43,939 nucleotides of DNA from Chiloscyllium plagiosum (Eukaryota): assembly GCF_004010195.1 (NCBI RefSeq), contig NC_057718.1, positions 95,469,159 to 95,513,097 on the forward strand, written 5' to 3'. Position 1 is the stretch's first letter; the number at the start of each line of letters is the position of its first letter. Below, piece after piece: positions 1-12,636 of this stretch. Below the pieces are notes generated by a model. The model had not been told where the DNA came from and did not search any database. It saw only the letters and a list, made by a program, of their open reading frames with translations. Position numbers and translations under genes: made by a program.

Positions 1-600
1 CCATGCCACCTCCCCCCCCCTGCCACCTCCCCTCCCCAAAGCTCACCCTGGTGGCCGCCTGCTGCCAGTACACCGGTGACTTTAAGAGGTTGGTTCATGG
101 CCGGCTAACAGCACGTGGCGGCCTGCCCCTTTAAGCCGCAGTTGTTGTTGTCGGTATCGGCTCGAGAGTCCGCCACCAAGAGATGGCTCCTCAGGCCTAC
201 CTGCGGAGGGGGGCACAGGGCAGAGGCCGGGGCCGTTCGCAGTGACCCCCGGGGCCATGTTCCTGTGGAGAAGCCGCTGGGCGATCGGCAGGCGGGCGGC
301 GGCGGCGCTGAGACTGCAGGCGGGGCTGGGGCCTCTCGGGTGGGCCCCGCGGCGGCGGCCGCCGTCGCTTTCCTTCCCTTATCCCGGGCCCGGGAGGAGG
401 TGCCTGGGCCTCGGCCTCGCCTGGTGGCCTCCAGCCCGAGTCCGGCGGAGGGAGGCCGTACCGAGCCCCGGGCTCGTCTGCAGCCGCCGCTATGGAGCCG
501 CAAGGCCGGCGGCTAAAAGGGAGGCCGCGGATCCGTCCTCGGGGGCCGGTGAGGAGAGGGCGGCGTGTCCGGATCTGGTAAGGAGGGAGTGTGGGTCCTC
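1..600 (+). promoter_or_regulatory. CpG island / GC-rich promoter and 5' region of CRLS1
   Basis: Only strongly GC- and CpG-rich stretch in an otherwise AT-rich window. It overlaps the first coding exon and has an E-box CACGTG at 112-117. Confidence 0.8.
257..577 (+). CDS. CRLS1: Cardiolipin synthase coding exon 1 (Arg/Ala-rich mitochondrial presequence-like N-terminus)
   Basis: GCCATG start at 257 reads MFLWRSRWAIGRRAAAALRLQ...ACPDL. Donor CTG|GTAAGG at 577/578 is phase 0, matching the exon 2 start. Confidence 0.8.
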
Positions 601-619
601 AGGGCTGGAGCTCAGTGAT

Positions 620-2160
620 CCCAGAGAGAGAGAGACTCACTCACTGACATTGTCTGCCTTTACATTACCCCCTTCCCCCGTGTTCATTCAGGCTCGGCCA
701 TTAACACCACCCTGTACATCACATTCACTCCCTCAGGCATAAACTCAACTACATTTCACCTCGCCACTCACTTATTCCTACCTTCATGCATCCACACAAA
801 CTCAATCACTCTGTCTTTAACCTTACAATAATTCAATCTCTCTCACTGTTGTCTTTGCTCTTACATAAGAACTCAAACATAAATTCACTCACATTTTTAT
901 CCTTGTTGTTATGCACACTTTCAGTCATGCTGTTGTTGTTACACACACAGACACTTAATGCAAATTCAGTCGTGTTGTCCTTACTGTTATACACACTGGA
1001 GTTCAAAGACAAATTCAATCACTCTGATGTCATTGCTCTTATACATGCAGGCACTTACACATTTCAGTCACACTACTGGCCTTGCTGTTGCACACCAGCG
1101 TTCAATCATGCTGCTGTCCTGCTCTCTCTCTCATTCACATTCCTTCTCATTTCTTCCTCTCTCACACCCAAACTCAACCATCCTTTACTGTCTCTCTCTC
1201 TCTCTCACTCTCTCTCACTCTCACACACACACTTCTACACAAACTTATGCACATCTTTCTTCTCCTCAACACTTTATTCTTACTCCCTCATATACACATG
1301 CTCAACCAACCTCACTCTCTCATGTGGACTTGTACATAAACTCAATCTCTCACACTTTCTCACAAGGAAGCAGACAAAAACTCTTTCACACGTTTTCACT
1401 CACTCACTCACTCACTCACTCACTCACTCACTCACTCACTCTCACCTTTGTGGACTTGTACACAAATTCAGTCGCACACATCATTTCTCTTTCTCTCTCG
1501 AATTCCATTCAGTCTATTGCCTTAACAGCTGGTTTGCAAAGCAGAGTCATGCCAATACTGGGATTAATTCCTGGATCAGTTGAAGGATTCTCCTCCACAC
1601 CTCTCTCCTTGCATAACACCACCATGTGTCTCTTTTTCTCTGATGCAAGAGCAGCCCTATGGTCTGTTAGAACTTTGGTAACTTTACGTTTTTGCATACA
1701 CATCCTCTCTCACATTCATACACAAACTCAAATCATACAAGTCCTCACTCACTGACGTTTTCATACAAAGCTCATTTGCACTCGTACCTACTCTCTCACT
1801 TGCTCATACATAAACTATTTCATGCATTCTCTCATACACGTGCTTAGTCTTTCATATTCAGACACAGTCAATCTCACAAATTCTCTCTTTCACCTGTTGT
1901 CATACACAATTATCAACCAAACAAGTACTCACACTTGTACAATCAATCAAATATTCGATTACTATCACATATACAACCTCACTGTCAAACATAAATTACA
2001 CACGCATCTTTTTTCTTTCACAGATGCACACAAACTGAAACAGAAATGTCTTCATTCTTACACTCCTAACAAACTCAAACACGTCCTTACTTTCACTCTC
2101 ACGTGCACTTATATAAACTCAGCCCTTACTCTCTGTTAGGCACATACTCACTCATTGAAT
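620..2160. repeat. Low-complexity CA/CT-rich degenerate tandem region including a (CACT)n microsatellite at about 1396-1442
   Basis: Recurring acacaaactcaatcactct-like units and (CT)n, (CA)n and (CACT)n runs. The long ORFs here are compositional artefacts. Confidence 0.8.
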
Positions 2161-2239
2161 CAAAGAACACTACAGCACGGAAGAGACTCTTCAGTCCATC
2201 AAGTCTGTACCACCAAAGCTCAACTAAATCTACGCTAGT

Positions 2240-4140
2240 GTCACAGAGCTATGTAACACAGAAATAGGCCCTTCTGCCCAACTCGTCCATGCCAGCAAGG
2301 TTTCCTAAACTAAGCTAGACTCATTTGACCAGGTCTCTTTAAACCTTTGTTATCCAAGTACCTGTTCAAACTTACTTTAAATGTTGTAATTGTACTTGCC
2401 TCTACCGCTTCCTCTGGCAGCTTGTTCCATATACACACCACTGTCTATGTGAAAAAGTTGTCCTCCTGTCCCTGTTAAATCTTTCCCCTCTCGCCTTAAA
2501 CCTATACCCTCCAGTTTTGGACTCCTACCTTTGGGGAGAAGACCTTGGTTATCCACCTTATTTATGCTCCTCTTGATTTTATAAATCTCTATAAGGTCAC
2601 CCCTCAGCATCCTATACTCCAGGAAAAAAAAGTCCCAGCCGAACCAGCCTCTGTTTATAACTCAAACCTTCCAGTCTAAGTAACACCTTTGTAAATCTTT
2701 TTTGCACCCTTTCCAGTTTAATAACTTCTTCCTATTGTAGGATGACCAGAATTGTATGTAGTACTCCAAATGTGGTCTCACCAATTTCTTGTACAGCTGT
2801 AACATTATGTCCCAAAGCCTGTACTATATGTGAAGACCTAAGACCCCTCAAGATGGGCCTCTTGGTTCGAGATCGGTCAAAAGAATCGACAGATGCGGTC
2901 TATTCAAAAAGCAAGGGTCATTAGTTTATTGAATTAAGGTACCTTGACTCAATTCTAACCAGCAACACTGACTGTTGGAAGCAAGCGTGCCAAATGCCTC
3001 CTTGACCAACCTATCTACTTGAGATCCCACTTTCAAAGAACTGTGTACCCGACAATACTCCCCAAGGCCCTACCATTAATTGTCTAAGTTCATATCTGGT
3101 TTGTCTTGCCAAAATGCAACAATTCACATTTATCTGCATTAAATTCCATCTGCCATTCCTCAGCCCACTGTCCTAGTTGATCAAGAAACCATTGTACTCT
3201 TGGATAACCTTCTTAACTGTTCACTATATCATCAATTTTTCCATCATCTACAAACTTACTAATGATGTCTCCTATATTCTCAACAAATCATTTATCTCAA
3301 TGACAAACCACAGTGGATCCTGTAACAATCCTTGCTGGTTATAAGCCTTCAGTCTGAACAACAACCCTCTACTACCACCTTCTCTCCCCTACTGTCGAGC
3401 TAAGTTTTGGTTCCCATGTGATCTAACCTCATTAATCAGTCTACCATGCGATACCTTGTTGAAGATCTTTGCGAAAGTATATGTAGATGACGTCTACTGC
3501 ACTGCCCTCATCTATTGCCTTGGTCTCCGTTTCAAAACACTCAACCAAAGTTGAGATACAATTTCCCATACATAAAGTCATGCAGACCATCCCTAGTCAG
3601 TCCTTGCATTTCCAAATGCATGAATATCCTGTCAGAATGTCAGAATCCCCTCCAACAACTTACCACTGACATTAGGCTCACCTGTCTGTAGTTCCCTGGC
3701 ATTCCATTGCAGCCTGTCTTAAATAATGGTGCAAACTTAGCCACCCTCCAATCTTCTGTCACCTCACCTATGGCTGTTGATGATAAAAAATCTTCACCAG
3801 GGGCCCTGCAATTTCTTCCAAGCTTCCTGTAATGTTGTGGGATACACTTGATTAAGTCCTGGAGCTTTATCTACCTTTATGTATTTTAAGACCTCCAGCA
3901 ACTCCTTGTCTGTAATGTGGACTTTTTTTTTCAGGGCATCACTATTTACAGCTTCGAGCTCCTGAGTTTCTGTCTTTTTTAATGGTAAATACTGATGAGA
4001 AATATTTATTTCGGATCTCAGCCACAGATGATCTTGCTGATCTTTAAGGGGCCCTAGTTAGTCTTTTGCCCTTCGTATAATTGTGGGATCTCTTTGGATT
4101 TCCCTTTACCTTATTTTCCAAAGCTACCTCATGTCCCCAC
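2240..4140 (-). mobile_element. Degenerate CR1/HER1-type LINE (RT 3' half and 3' UTR)
   Basis: Minus-strand LRGDLIEIYKI CR1 C-terminal motif, plus remnants of RT motifs (tagatga..tac, tcatctacaaactt). Many stops. Confidence 0.85.
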
Positions 4141-4870
4141 TGGTCCCACCTCCAGCATCAGGCCCATAGCCTTGAATGTTATGATATACTAAATGCTTAT
4201 CCATGTACTTTTTAAAGGTTGTGAGGTTACCCATCTCAACTACACTCCCAATCGGTTCATTTCCGATTTCCACCATCCTCTGGATGAATATAAAAATTTC
4301 CTCAAATCCTCTCTTAACCTCCTGCCTTACTACTTAAAATTACACCCCCTTGTTATTGACCTTCTGACTCAGGGGAACAGCTGCTTTTCACTCTGTTCAT
4401 GCCCCTCAATCTCATACACTTCTATCAGGTTTCCCCCTTAAACCTCCTCTGCTCCAAAAAAAAGCACTTTCTCACAAACATGGCCACAAACATCCTTATT
4501 CTCGCATTCGTATGCAATCTCAATTGCTCACTTTTTCACGTAACAGTAATGGATGTGGGGAGCATGTTTCCCCTTTTGGGAGATCTTAGAATTTGGGGTC
4601 ATCATTTTAAAAATAAGGGGTGGCTGATTTGTGGCAGAGGTGAGAATTATTTTCTTTGTGCTAAGAGTCTTCGAAATTGTCATGTTCAAAGCTGTTCGAA
4701 ACTCAATCTGAGTATTCTATAGACAATTAGCTGGTTCCTTGGTAAGGAAGTGAGGTGAAAGATTATCAGGATTAGGTGGAAAGGTGGAGTTCATCTTGAA
4801 TAATTAGGTCAGCCATGATTTTATTGAAGACTTGTGAAGCTGAGTGGCCGCCTCTTGCTTCTAATTCATA
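4140..4870. mobile_element. Two decayed CR1/L2-group LINE 3'-end fragments (about 4140-4460 minus, about 4545-4870 plus)
   Basis: Similar to other LINE 3' ends in the window (gatcagccatgat-like motif, RGHxxK-like remnants). Confidence 0.5.
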
Positions 4871-5784
4871 TATTTAGAAAAACATTGTCTCTTGAAAACT
4901 CTTTATCCATTTCCCCTCGACAAGGGACACACATCTTCCTCCTCCCTTGATCGAGCACACGTGTACACCCCTCTGTTGTGCAAATGCACCCTAGCTTTTA
5001 CATGTATTCATACACTCAATCATACTCTTACATACTCATTCTCAAACATAGATATCTGCTAGTCAGTCTGTTCAGAGATGTTATTACACAATTCTGGAGC
5101 CCCTGGGTCTTGAGCCCAGGCCTTCTGGCTCAGAAATATACACTCTTATTCTGTAACATACTGATTGTCTCATAATCACAGTCTCATTTTTCACCCTGTT
5201 GAGTTTCAATAATGCAAGATGCTACATTTATCACATAAATTGAGACCATTACATTAGATGGTGAGACATTGAGCTACCTTTGGGTTGCTGGCCCTGTACC
5301 ATAACCACTTGGTTAATATGAACTTGGTTGACATTTAAAACCGGATGTAACGTCTGGTGTTTGCTGCTTTTGAAGTAAAGGAAGATCATATGGAGACACA
5401 TAATGGAACCGTTGACTGAAATATTTCAAATTCATCTTCCGGCTAGGTTTGACTTCATTTGGAAAAACAAACTAAAGATTTTCTGAGAGCTGAGTTTTTC
5501 CATTGAGAAAATAAGTGCACTTTTGACAGAGATAGCAGTCCTTTTGAATTTCTGCATCTGAATGTTGGAAGGCTCTGGTCATATTATTTGACCAGATGTT
5601 TGTCTGGTTTACTGGCTATCACTGAAGAAAAACTTCAGTGATATAATTATGTTCATTTATGTTCACCTTTAATGTGGGAAAAGGCTTCATAGAAGCATAA
5701 TCAGACAAAATTGGACATTGAGCAGCAGAAGGTAGTGAATTATCAAGACAGGTGACCAGAAGTTTGGTGAAGACGCCCAATTAT

Positions 5785-6290
5785 AGGAAGGATATTATTA
5801 AGCTGGAGAGGGTTCAGAAGAGATTTACCAGGATGTTGCGCGTATGGAAAGTTTGAGTTATAAAGAAAACTGGGACGTTTTTCACTGCGGTGTAGGAGGT
5901 TGAGAAGTGACCTTATGGAAGTTTATAAATTTATTGAGTGGAATATATAGAGTTAATGGAAGTTGTCTTTTTCCCTAGGATGGGGGATTTCAAGATTAGG
6001 GGGTGACAGGAGAGAGATTTTTTAAGGAGAGAGAAGAGAGATTTAAAAAGGACATGAGGGGCACATTTGTAACACTCAGGATGGTTGGTATGTGGAATGA
6101 ATTACCAGAGGAAGTGGCGGATATGGGTACAATTACAACGTTTAAAAGACATTTTGGATAAGTACATGAATAGGAAAGGTTTGGAGGGGTATGGGCCAGG
6201 AGCAGGCAGGTGGGACAAGTTTAGTTTGGATTATGTTCAACATGGACTGATTGGACTGAAGGGTCTGTTTTTGTGCTGAATGAATCTGTA
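5785..6290 (+). mobile_element. CR1/HER1 LINE 3' fragment embedded in an older L2-like remnant
   Basis: ctggagagggttcagaagagatttaccaggatgttg (LERVQKRFTRML) through the ggatatgggcca-type 3' UTR. Confidence 0.85.
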
Positions 6291-6935
6291 ACCAGATATG
6301 TTTTAAGAAGAAGCTTAAATAAGGTGCTACAGAGATTTAAGGAGCAAAGTTGAGAGCTAAAAACCTAGACAATCTCATGCCACAGCCTCTAATGCATTGG
6401 GGATGTCCAAGAGATCAGTATTGGAGGAAGACAGAGTTCTTGAGTTGTAGTGTTGCTTTTGGAAAGGATACGACAATGATGGTGTTTCAACATATACAGT
6501 TTAGAAATCAGAAATCTTAATTGAATATGAGAAAGCAAAAATGTGAAAGAAATTTCTGTAGACTGTACACACTGATGTTTTAATGTCAGTGTTATAAATG
6601 TAAGGGCTATTAGCATCTTCCTGCAATGACAGTGTCATATTCCTGGAGCAGTTATTATCTTGAAACCTTGTCTTTTGAGACTGAGGGGGTCAATTAAAGG
6701 TCTTTATGAAGCTTGTCAAAAAGGTACAAAGGACAGTTTTGTAGGAGTGTTTAATAATGCTATTGCAAAATGTGAAATACTAGTTTTTGTTACATCATTA
6801 AATTTTATTGTGGAAGTATGTGAAAGATACATGACTATATTCATCCCTTTCCCCCTAAACAAAATGAGGCTTTCTTAACTGGTAACCAGGAATATGTTTA
6901 TATAAAAATAATACATTATCAATCTTTCTTTATAG

Positions 6936-7073
6936 TATGAGAATCCATGGACAATTCCAAATTTACTATGTGTGGCAAGGATTGGCTTATCACCATACTT
7001 GGGCTATTTGATTGTGGAAGAAGAATTCAATCTAGCTCTGGGTCTTTTTATTCTGGCAGGAATTACTGATCTG
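6936..7073 (+). CDS. CRLS1: Cardiolipin synthase coding exon 2
   Basis: Acceptor tttctttatag| then [46 protein letters not shown], then donor |gtgagt. 138 bp; CDP-alcohol phosphatidyltransferase PNxL...R motif as in vertebrate CRLS1. Confidence 0.96.
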
Positions 7074-7584
7074 GTGAGTAACTGGCTATATGATAATTGA
7101 ACACCCTTTGCCAACTTACACTGTTTAAGAAGAATGTACCTCTCATTTGCTAATAAAGTGTACAATTGGCTTTTAAGCAAATGCCTCTGTGTTGCATGTT
7201 ACACCACACCTGTTGAGAATGAAATCCTTTAAGCTTTTTTTATGACAGCTGTGTAGATTTTGTGATCGCAATGATTAATTTGTCAGCTGTTGCCTTTTAC
7301 TATAAATATAAAACCCAGTTGCAACTTCTAATGATTGCACCTGTCCTGTTAAACACAATTCTGGAAATTGTTGTCAGGAATTCTTGCATATCTTACAAAG
7401 GGTGCTTGAGAAATCACTAGGGTTGACGTGAACTTCAGCTTTTTGGCTGGTAATCTTGGTGTAAAAAAAATGTCTGCCATGTTGAATGAGGTCTCACTGG
7501 AATGTTTAATCATTCATTATTGGTGATAAATAAGTTCTCTGATATCAAAAAGTAAATCTTACCTTTATCCAGTGTCTTGATTAT

Positions 7585-7815
7585 AGCTGAACCATACAAT
7601 GTCTACAGTACAAATAGACTGTTTGGTCCACTAAGTCTGCACTGACCTTCTGAAGAGCATGGTAAGTGCAGAGTTCCAGGGATAAAATCGGGGGGGGGGG
7701 GGGTATGCACCGAGCCTTCACATAACTGGATACTATAGGACAATTTAGCATGGGCAATCCACCTAACCTGCATATCTTTGAACTGTGGGAGGAAACCCAT
7801 AGAGACATGGGAAGA
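7585..7815 (-). mobile_element. Partial HE1/V-SINE-type SINE
   Basis: caatttagcatgg..caatccacctaacctgcatatctttg..tgtgggaggaaacc core, shared with the copies at 8035 and 14760. Confidence 0.75.
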
Positions 7816-8034
7816 AAGATAACTGCTGTGCTACCCTACATACTATAGAAATTTAGATTCTATACAATTTTAACTTTTTTTAAAGTTGAATATTTCATTT
7901 TCTAATCTAAGTCTCATTGCTGTCTCTAAAATAATTATAAACGTGAAGGGTAATCTGTGCTTTTTGTTCCCTGGTGTGTTGTCTGTGAGACTACATCAAA
8001 ATGATTGGCTGCTTAGCTTGTATCATGACATGCT

Positions 8035-8350
8035 TATAGAATCCCTACAATGTGGAAACAGGCCATTCAACCCATCCAGCCCACACTGACCCTGCAAAGA
8101 GCATCTCATCTAGACCCACCCTGTCCCTGTATTTCCATTAGTTAATCCACCTAGCCCACACATCCTTGGACACAAGGGGTAATTTACCATGGTCATTCCG
8201 CCTAACCTGCATGTCTTTGGACTGTGGGAGGAAACTGGAACATTGGGAGAATGTGCAAACTTCACATACAGTTGCTCTAAGCTGCGATCGAGCCTGGGTC
8301 TCTCGCGCTGTCAGGCGGCAGTGCTAACCACTGCGCTACCATACTGCCCA
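8035..8350 (-). mobile_element. Near-full-length tRNA-derived HE1/V-SINE-type SINE
   Basis: Minus strand begins with a tRNA-like A box (ggtagcgcagtggttagcactgc), then a B-box-like region, the conserved core and a CR1-like tail. Confidence 0.85.
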
Positions 8351-8588
8351 CATAGTTGTTGGATGCTGGTGGTCCTGTTAAGCTGATGCAGATTTAATTA
8401 ATGTTGAGGCGAGGGAAAGTTACTTCATGATGATTGTGAGGTCTTTGTGAGCAGCTGACCTTGAGTGCAAGTGCTGTCTCTATGTTGCTGAAGACAAAAT
8501 CTAGTCAAGCCATTATTGATAGAAATATCATCATGGGCATAATAGTTAAGTCATTGTACATTACTTCAAAAATAACTTATGAAAAGTA

Positions 8589-9433
8589 ATGCGGCCACAT
8601 CTGGAGTATTGTGTGCAGTTTTGGTCGCCATACTATAGGAAGGATGTGGAGGCACTGGAACGGGTGCAGAGGAGGTTTACCAGGATGTTGCCTGGTATGG
8701 TAGAAAGATCGTATGAGGAAAGGCTGAGGCACTTGGGGTTGTTTTCATTGGAGAAAAGAAGGTTTAGGGGTGACTTGATAGAGGTGTANNNNNNNNNNNN
8801 NNNNNNNNNNNNNNNNNNNNNNNNNNNNNNNNNNNNNNNNNNNNNNNNNNNNNNNNNNNNNNNNNNNNNNNNNNNNNNNNNNNNNNNNNNNNNNNNNNNN
8901 NNNNNNNNNNNNNNNNNNNNNNNNNNNNNNNNNNNNNNNNNNNNNNNNNNNNNNNNNNNNNNNNNNNNNNNNNNNNNNNNNNNNNNNNNNNNNNNNNNNN
9001 NNNNNNNNNNNNNNNNNNNNNNNNNNNNNNNNNNNNNNNNNNNNNNNNNNNNNNNNNNNNNNNNNNNNNNNNNNNNNNNNNNNNNNNNNNNNNNNNNNNN
9101 NNNNNNNNNNNNNNNNNNNNNNNNNNNNNNNNNNNNNNNNNNNNNNNNNNNNNNNNNNNNNNNNNNNNNNNNNNNNNNNNNNNNNNNCTTTAAATTAAGG
9201 GGAGGTAGGTTTCGGACAGATGTTAGGGGTAGGTTCTTTACTCAGCGAGTCGTGAGTTCATGGAATGCCCTGCCAGTAGCAGTGGTGGACTCTCCCTCAT
9301 TATGGGCATTTAAGCGGGCATTGGATAGGCATATGGAGGATAGTGGGCTAGTGTAGGTTAGGTGGGCTTGGATCGGCGCAACATCGAGGGCCGAAGGGCC
9401 TGTACTGCGCTGTATTCTTCTATGTTCTATGTT
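8589..9433 (+). mobile_element. Young 5'-truncated CR1 LINE 3' end (spans an N gap)
   Basis: Intact [35 protein letters not shown]...RGDLIEV and FFTQRVVSSWNALP, with a (TTCTATG)n tail at about 9415-9433. Confidence 0.92.
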
Positions 9434-9479
9434 AGATATTCTGAAGAAAATTCATCTTCATAAAGAGTTTTGCACCTGA

Positions 9480-10800
9480 AAAGAGGAATTTGATTCATAG
9501 AAACATAGCAGTATTGGACCATTCGGTTTGATTTTACTCCACTATTGTAGATGATATATAATTATTTATCTCATGCCATTTTCCCAGACTACCACTATAT
9601 CCCTTGATGTTATTAATCTTCCAAAATGTATCAAACTCTGTCTTGAACAAACTCAATTACTAAGCTTCCACAGACCTCTGGGTTAGAAAATTTAAGTATT
9701 CAGTACCCTCTGAGTGAAGGAACTCTTCCTCATCTTCTGTCCTAAATAGTTTATGTATCTAGTCCTTGAAAAATTTTTGTATGCTTCAGTGAGAACATTA
9801 ATTAGAGTCATAGAGTCATAGGGATGTACAGCACAGAAACAGACCCTTCGGTCCAACTCGTCCATGGGTGACCAGATATCCCAACCTAATCTCGTGCCAT
9901 TTGCCAACATTTGGCCCATATCCCTCTAAACTTTCTTATTCATATACCCATCCAGATGCCTCTTAAATGTTGCAATTGTACCAGCCTCCACAAACACTCT
10001 TGGCAGCTCATTCCATACACATACCACCCTCTGCATGAAAACATTGCCCCATAGGTATGTTCTTCTGAATTGTAGAAAATACAGGCCAAGTTTTTGTTTT
10101 TGCCAAGTCTCCTTAATGTCATCTCATAGGACTGCCCTGCCATCTATGGAAATTAGTCTGGTGAATCTCTACTTACTCTATAGGAAGTGTATCCATCCTT
10201 AGGTAAGAGGGCCAAAACTGGACAATGTATAAGTTGAATTTTATGTGATTAAAACAAGAAATCTTTACTCCTGTAGTCAAACCTTTTTGCAATAAAGGCA
10301 ACATACATTTGCCTTTCTATTTATCTGCTGCCCCTGCATGTTATTTTTCTGTAATTAATGAACAGGAACACCCAGTTCCCTTTGGACATCAACACTTCCT
10401 GATCTCTCATGATTTTAAAATGCACTGTGCATCTCAGTTCTTATCAAAGTGGATAACCTCCCAATTAACCATGTAATATTCCATCTACCATGTTTTTGCT
10501 AATGTAACCTGTTCTTGAAACCTCTTTGCAGCATCATGATGACATAACTTTCCACCAGTTGTCTGTGTGTGCAAACTTGGAAATGTTGCATTTAGTTTGC
10601 ATTTCATCCCTACCTCCTTTCTTTAATTGGGATTACATTTGCAGCTTTCCAGGCAACATTCCAGAACCTAGAATTTGAAAGATGACCACCAATGCATCTA
10701 CTATCACTACAGCTAGCTCTTTCAACACTCAGGAATTAGATTTAATTCAGTTAACTTCTCCAATGTTAATTTTTCACTAGGGTTAATTTATTTTAGTTCT
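9480..10800 (-). mobile_element. Decayed CR1/L2-group LINE with a younger CR1 3' fragment (about 9803-10055) inserted
   Basis: FTQRVLNT remnant, catagagt tail repeats and a ggcccatatccctctaaac 3' UTR. Confidence 0.65.
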
Positions 10801-10859
10801 TCATAACTGCTACTCCTTTGGAGCTCTTATTTATTCTTGGGATGTGAGTACATTTACAC

Positions 10860-11420
10860 CTCATTCGTAACTGCCCTGGGGAGGATGATGTGAGCTGCAT
10901 TCTTGCAATCCTTGGGGTGTAGAAATACCTATGGTGTTTTTCGGGACAGAGTTCCAGGATTTCAATCCAGCATCAGTGAGGGAACAGCAATATAGTTCCA
11001 AGTCAGCATGACCTGTACCTTGAAGGGGAGTTTGCAGGTGTTGGTGTTCTTCTGTATTTGTTGCCCCTGTTCTTCCAAAAGATAGGATTAATGGTTTTGG
11101 AAGGTGCTGCTGGTAGAGCCCTGGTGCATCTTGTAGATGGTGCATACTGCTGCCACTATGCATTGGTCGTGAGGGTGCCCATCAAATTGGTTGCTTTTCC
11201 TCAGTGGTGTCAATCCTCTTGAGAATCTTTGGAGCTTCTCTTGTCCAGGCAATTGGAGAGAATGCCATGGGGCTTTTGACTTGTGTCTTGTAAAGGTGGG
11301 ACAGGCTTTGGGAAGAGATGACCGGCCACTTATTTGTGCATTTGTATAGTTGCTCCAGTTTAGTTTCTGGTCAATGGTGTTGATAGTGGGGATTCAGCAA
11401 TGGCATAGAATGTCAAGTGA
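10860..11420 (-). mobile_element. Decayed non-LTR retrotransposon RT C-terminal fragment (clade uncertain, RTE-X/CR1-like)
   Basis: Minus-strand remnants TIDQKLNW, LSHLYKTQV, VAAVCTIYKMH and KSWNSVP. Confidence 0.6.
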
Positions 11421-11651
11421 GATTACAGATTTGATGTGTCTTCCTTTGTGAAGACCAACACATGTTAATTATTTCCTTTCTCTTTATTATTAATAACCTG
11501 TTCATAGCCTGTAATGAACCCACATTTGTCTTTGTAATTTCTTTCCATTTGCATCCCCGTAGAAGTTTTAATTATTCACATTTGCATTCATATTTTGTAA
11601 TTCTGTAATTTTTATTTAATCACCAAGCTTGTTCAACATGAATGTACTACA

Positions 11652-12636
11652 CCTCCAACTGTAACAAGGACAGAATCCCCCGGTCCTCACCTTCCACCCT
11701 ACCAACCTTCGCATAAACCGCATCATCTGCCGACATTTCCGCCACCTCCAAGCAGACCCCACCACCAGGGATATATTTCCCTCCCCACCCCATCCGCTTT
11801 CCGCAAAGACCGTTCCCTCTGTGACTACCTGGTCAGGTCCACGCCCTGAACAACCCACCCTCCCTTCCTGGCACCTTCCCCTACCACCGCAGGAATTGCA
11901 AAACCTGCGCCCACACCTCCCCCCTCACCTCCATCTAAGGCCCCAAAGGAGCCTTCCATATCCATCAAAGTTTCACTTGCGCATCCACCAATGTCATTTA
12001 TTGTATTCGTTGCTTCTGATGTGGTCTCCTCTACATTGGGGAGATTGGACGCCTTCTTGCAGAGCGCTTTAGGGAACATCTCCGGGACACCCGCACCAAT
12101 CAACCCCACTGCCCTGTGGCCCAACATTTCAACTATGCTTCCCCCTCACCAACTCTGCGGAGGATATGCAGGTCCTGGGCCTCCTCCACTGCCGCTCCCT
12201 CACCACTCGACGCCTGGAGGAAGAACACCTCATCTTCCGCTTCGGGAAACTTCAACCCCAGGGCATCAATGTGGACTTCACCAGTTTCCTCATTTCCCGT
12301 CCTCCCACCTTACCCCAGTTCCAATCTCCCAGCTCAACACCATCCTCATGACCAGTCCTACATGCCAATCTTCCTTCCCACCCTCCTCTCTGACCTATCA
12401 TCTTCATCCCCACCCTCATCCACCCATTGTACTCTTTGCTACCTTCTCCCCACCTCCAAACCCCTCCCATTTATCTCTCCACCCTGGAGGCTCCCTGCCT
12501 TCAGTCCTGATGAATGGCTTTTGCCCAAAACATCGACTTTCCTGCTCCTCGGATGCTGCCTGACCTGCTGTGCTTTTCCAGCACCACTCTAATCTAGACT
12601 CTGATTTCCAGCATCTTCCATCCTCACTTTTGCCTA
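11652..12636 (+). mobile_element. Penelope-like element 3' fragment: GIY-YIG endonuclease plus pseudo-LTR with a decayed hammerhead
   Basis: TNVIYCIRC.CGLLYIGEIGR.LAERFREH GIY-YIG motif (about 11985-12080) and LEEEHLIFRFGKLQPQGINVDF C-terminus. CTGATGA..gccc aAAAcatc at about 12507-12535; the end matches the tail of the family-A palindromes. Confidence 0.88.

Noticed and set aside
105..516. Overlapping ORFs 105-503 (-) and 115-516 (+)
   Set aside because: Alternative frames of the GC-rich CRLS1 exon 1, with no recognisable domain.
786..1755. Two 265-aa ORFs
   Set aside because: They translate CA/CT low-complexity DNA (SLTH repeats) and are not real proteins.
8280..8350. tRNA-like A/B boxes
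   Set aside because: This is the head of a SINE, continuous with the SINE core, and has no complete cloverleaf.
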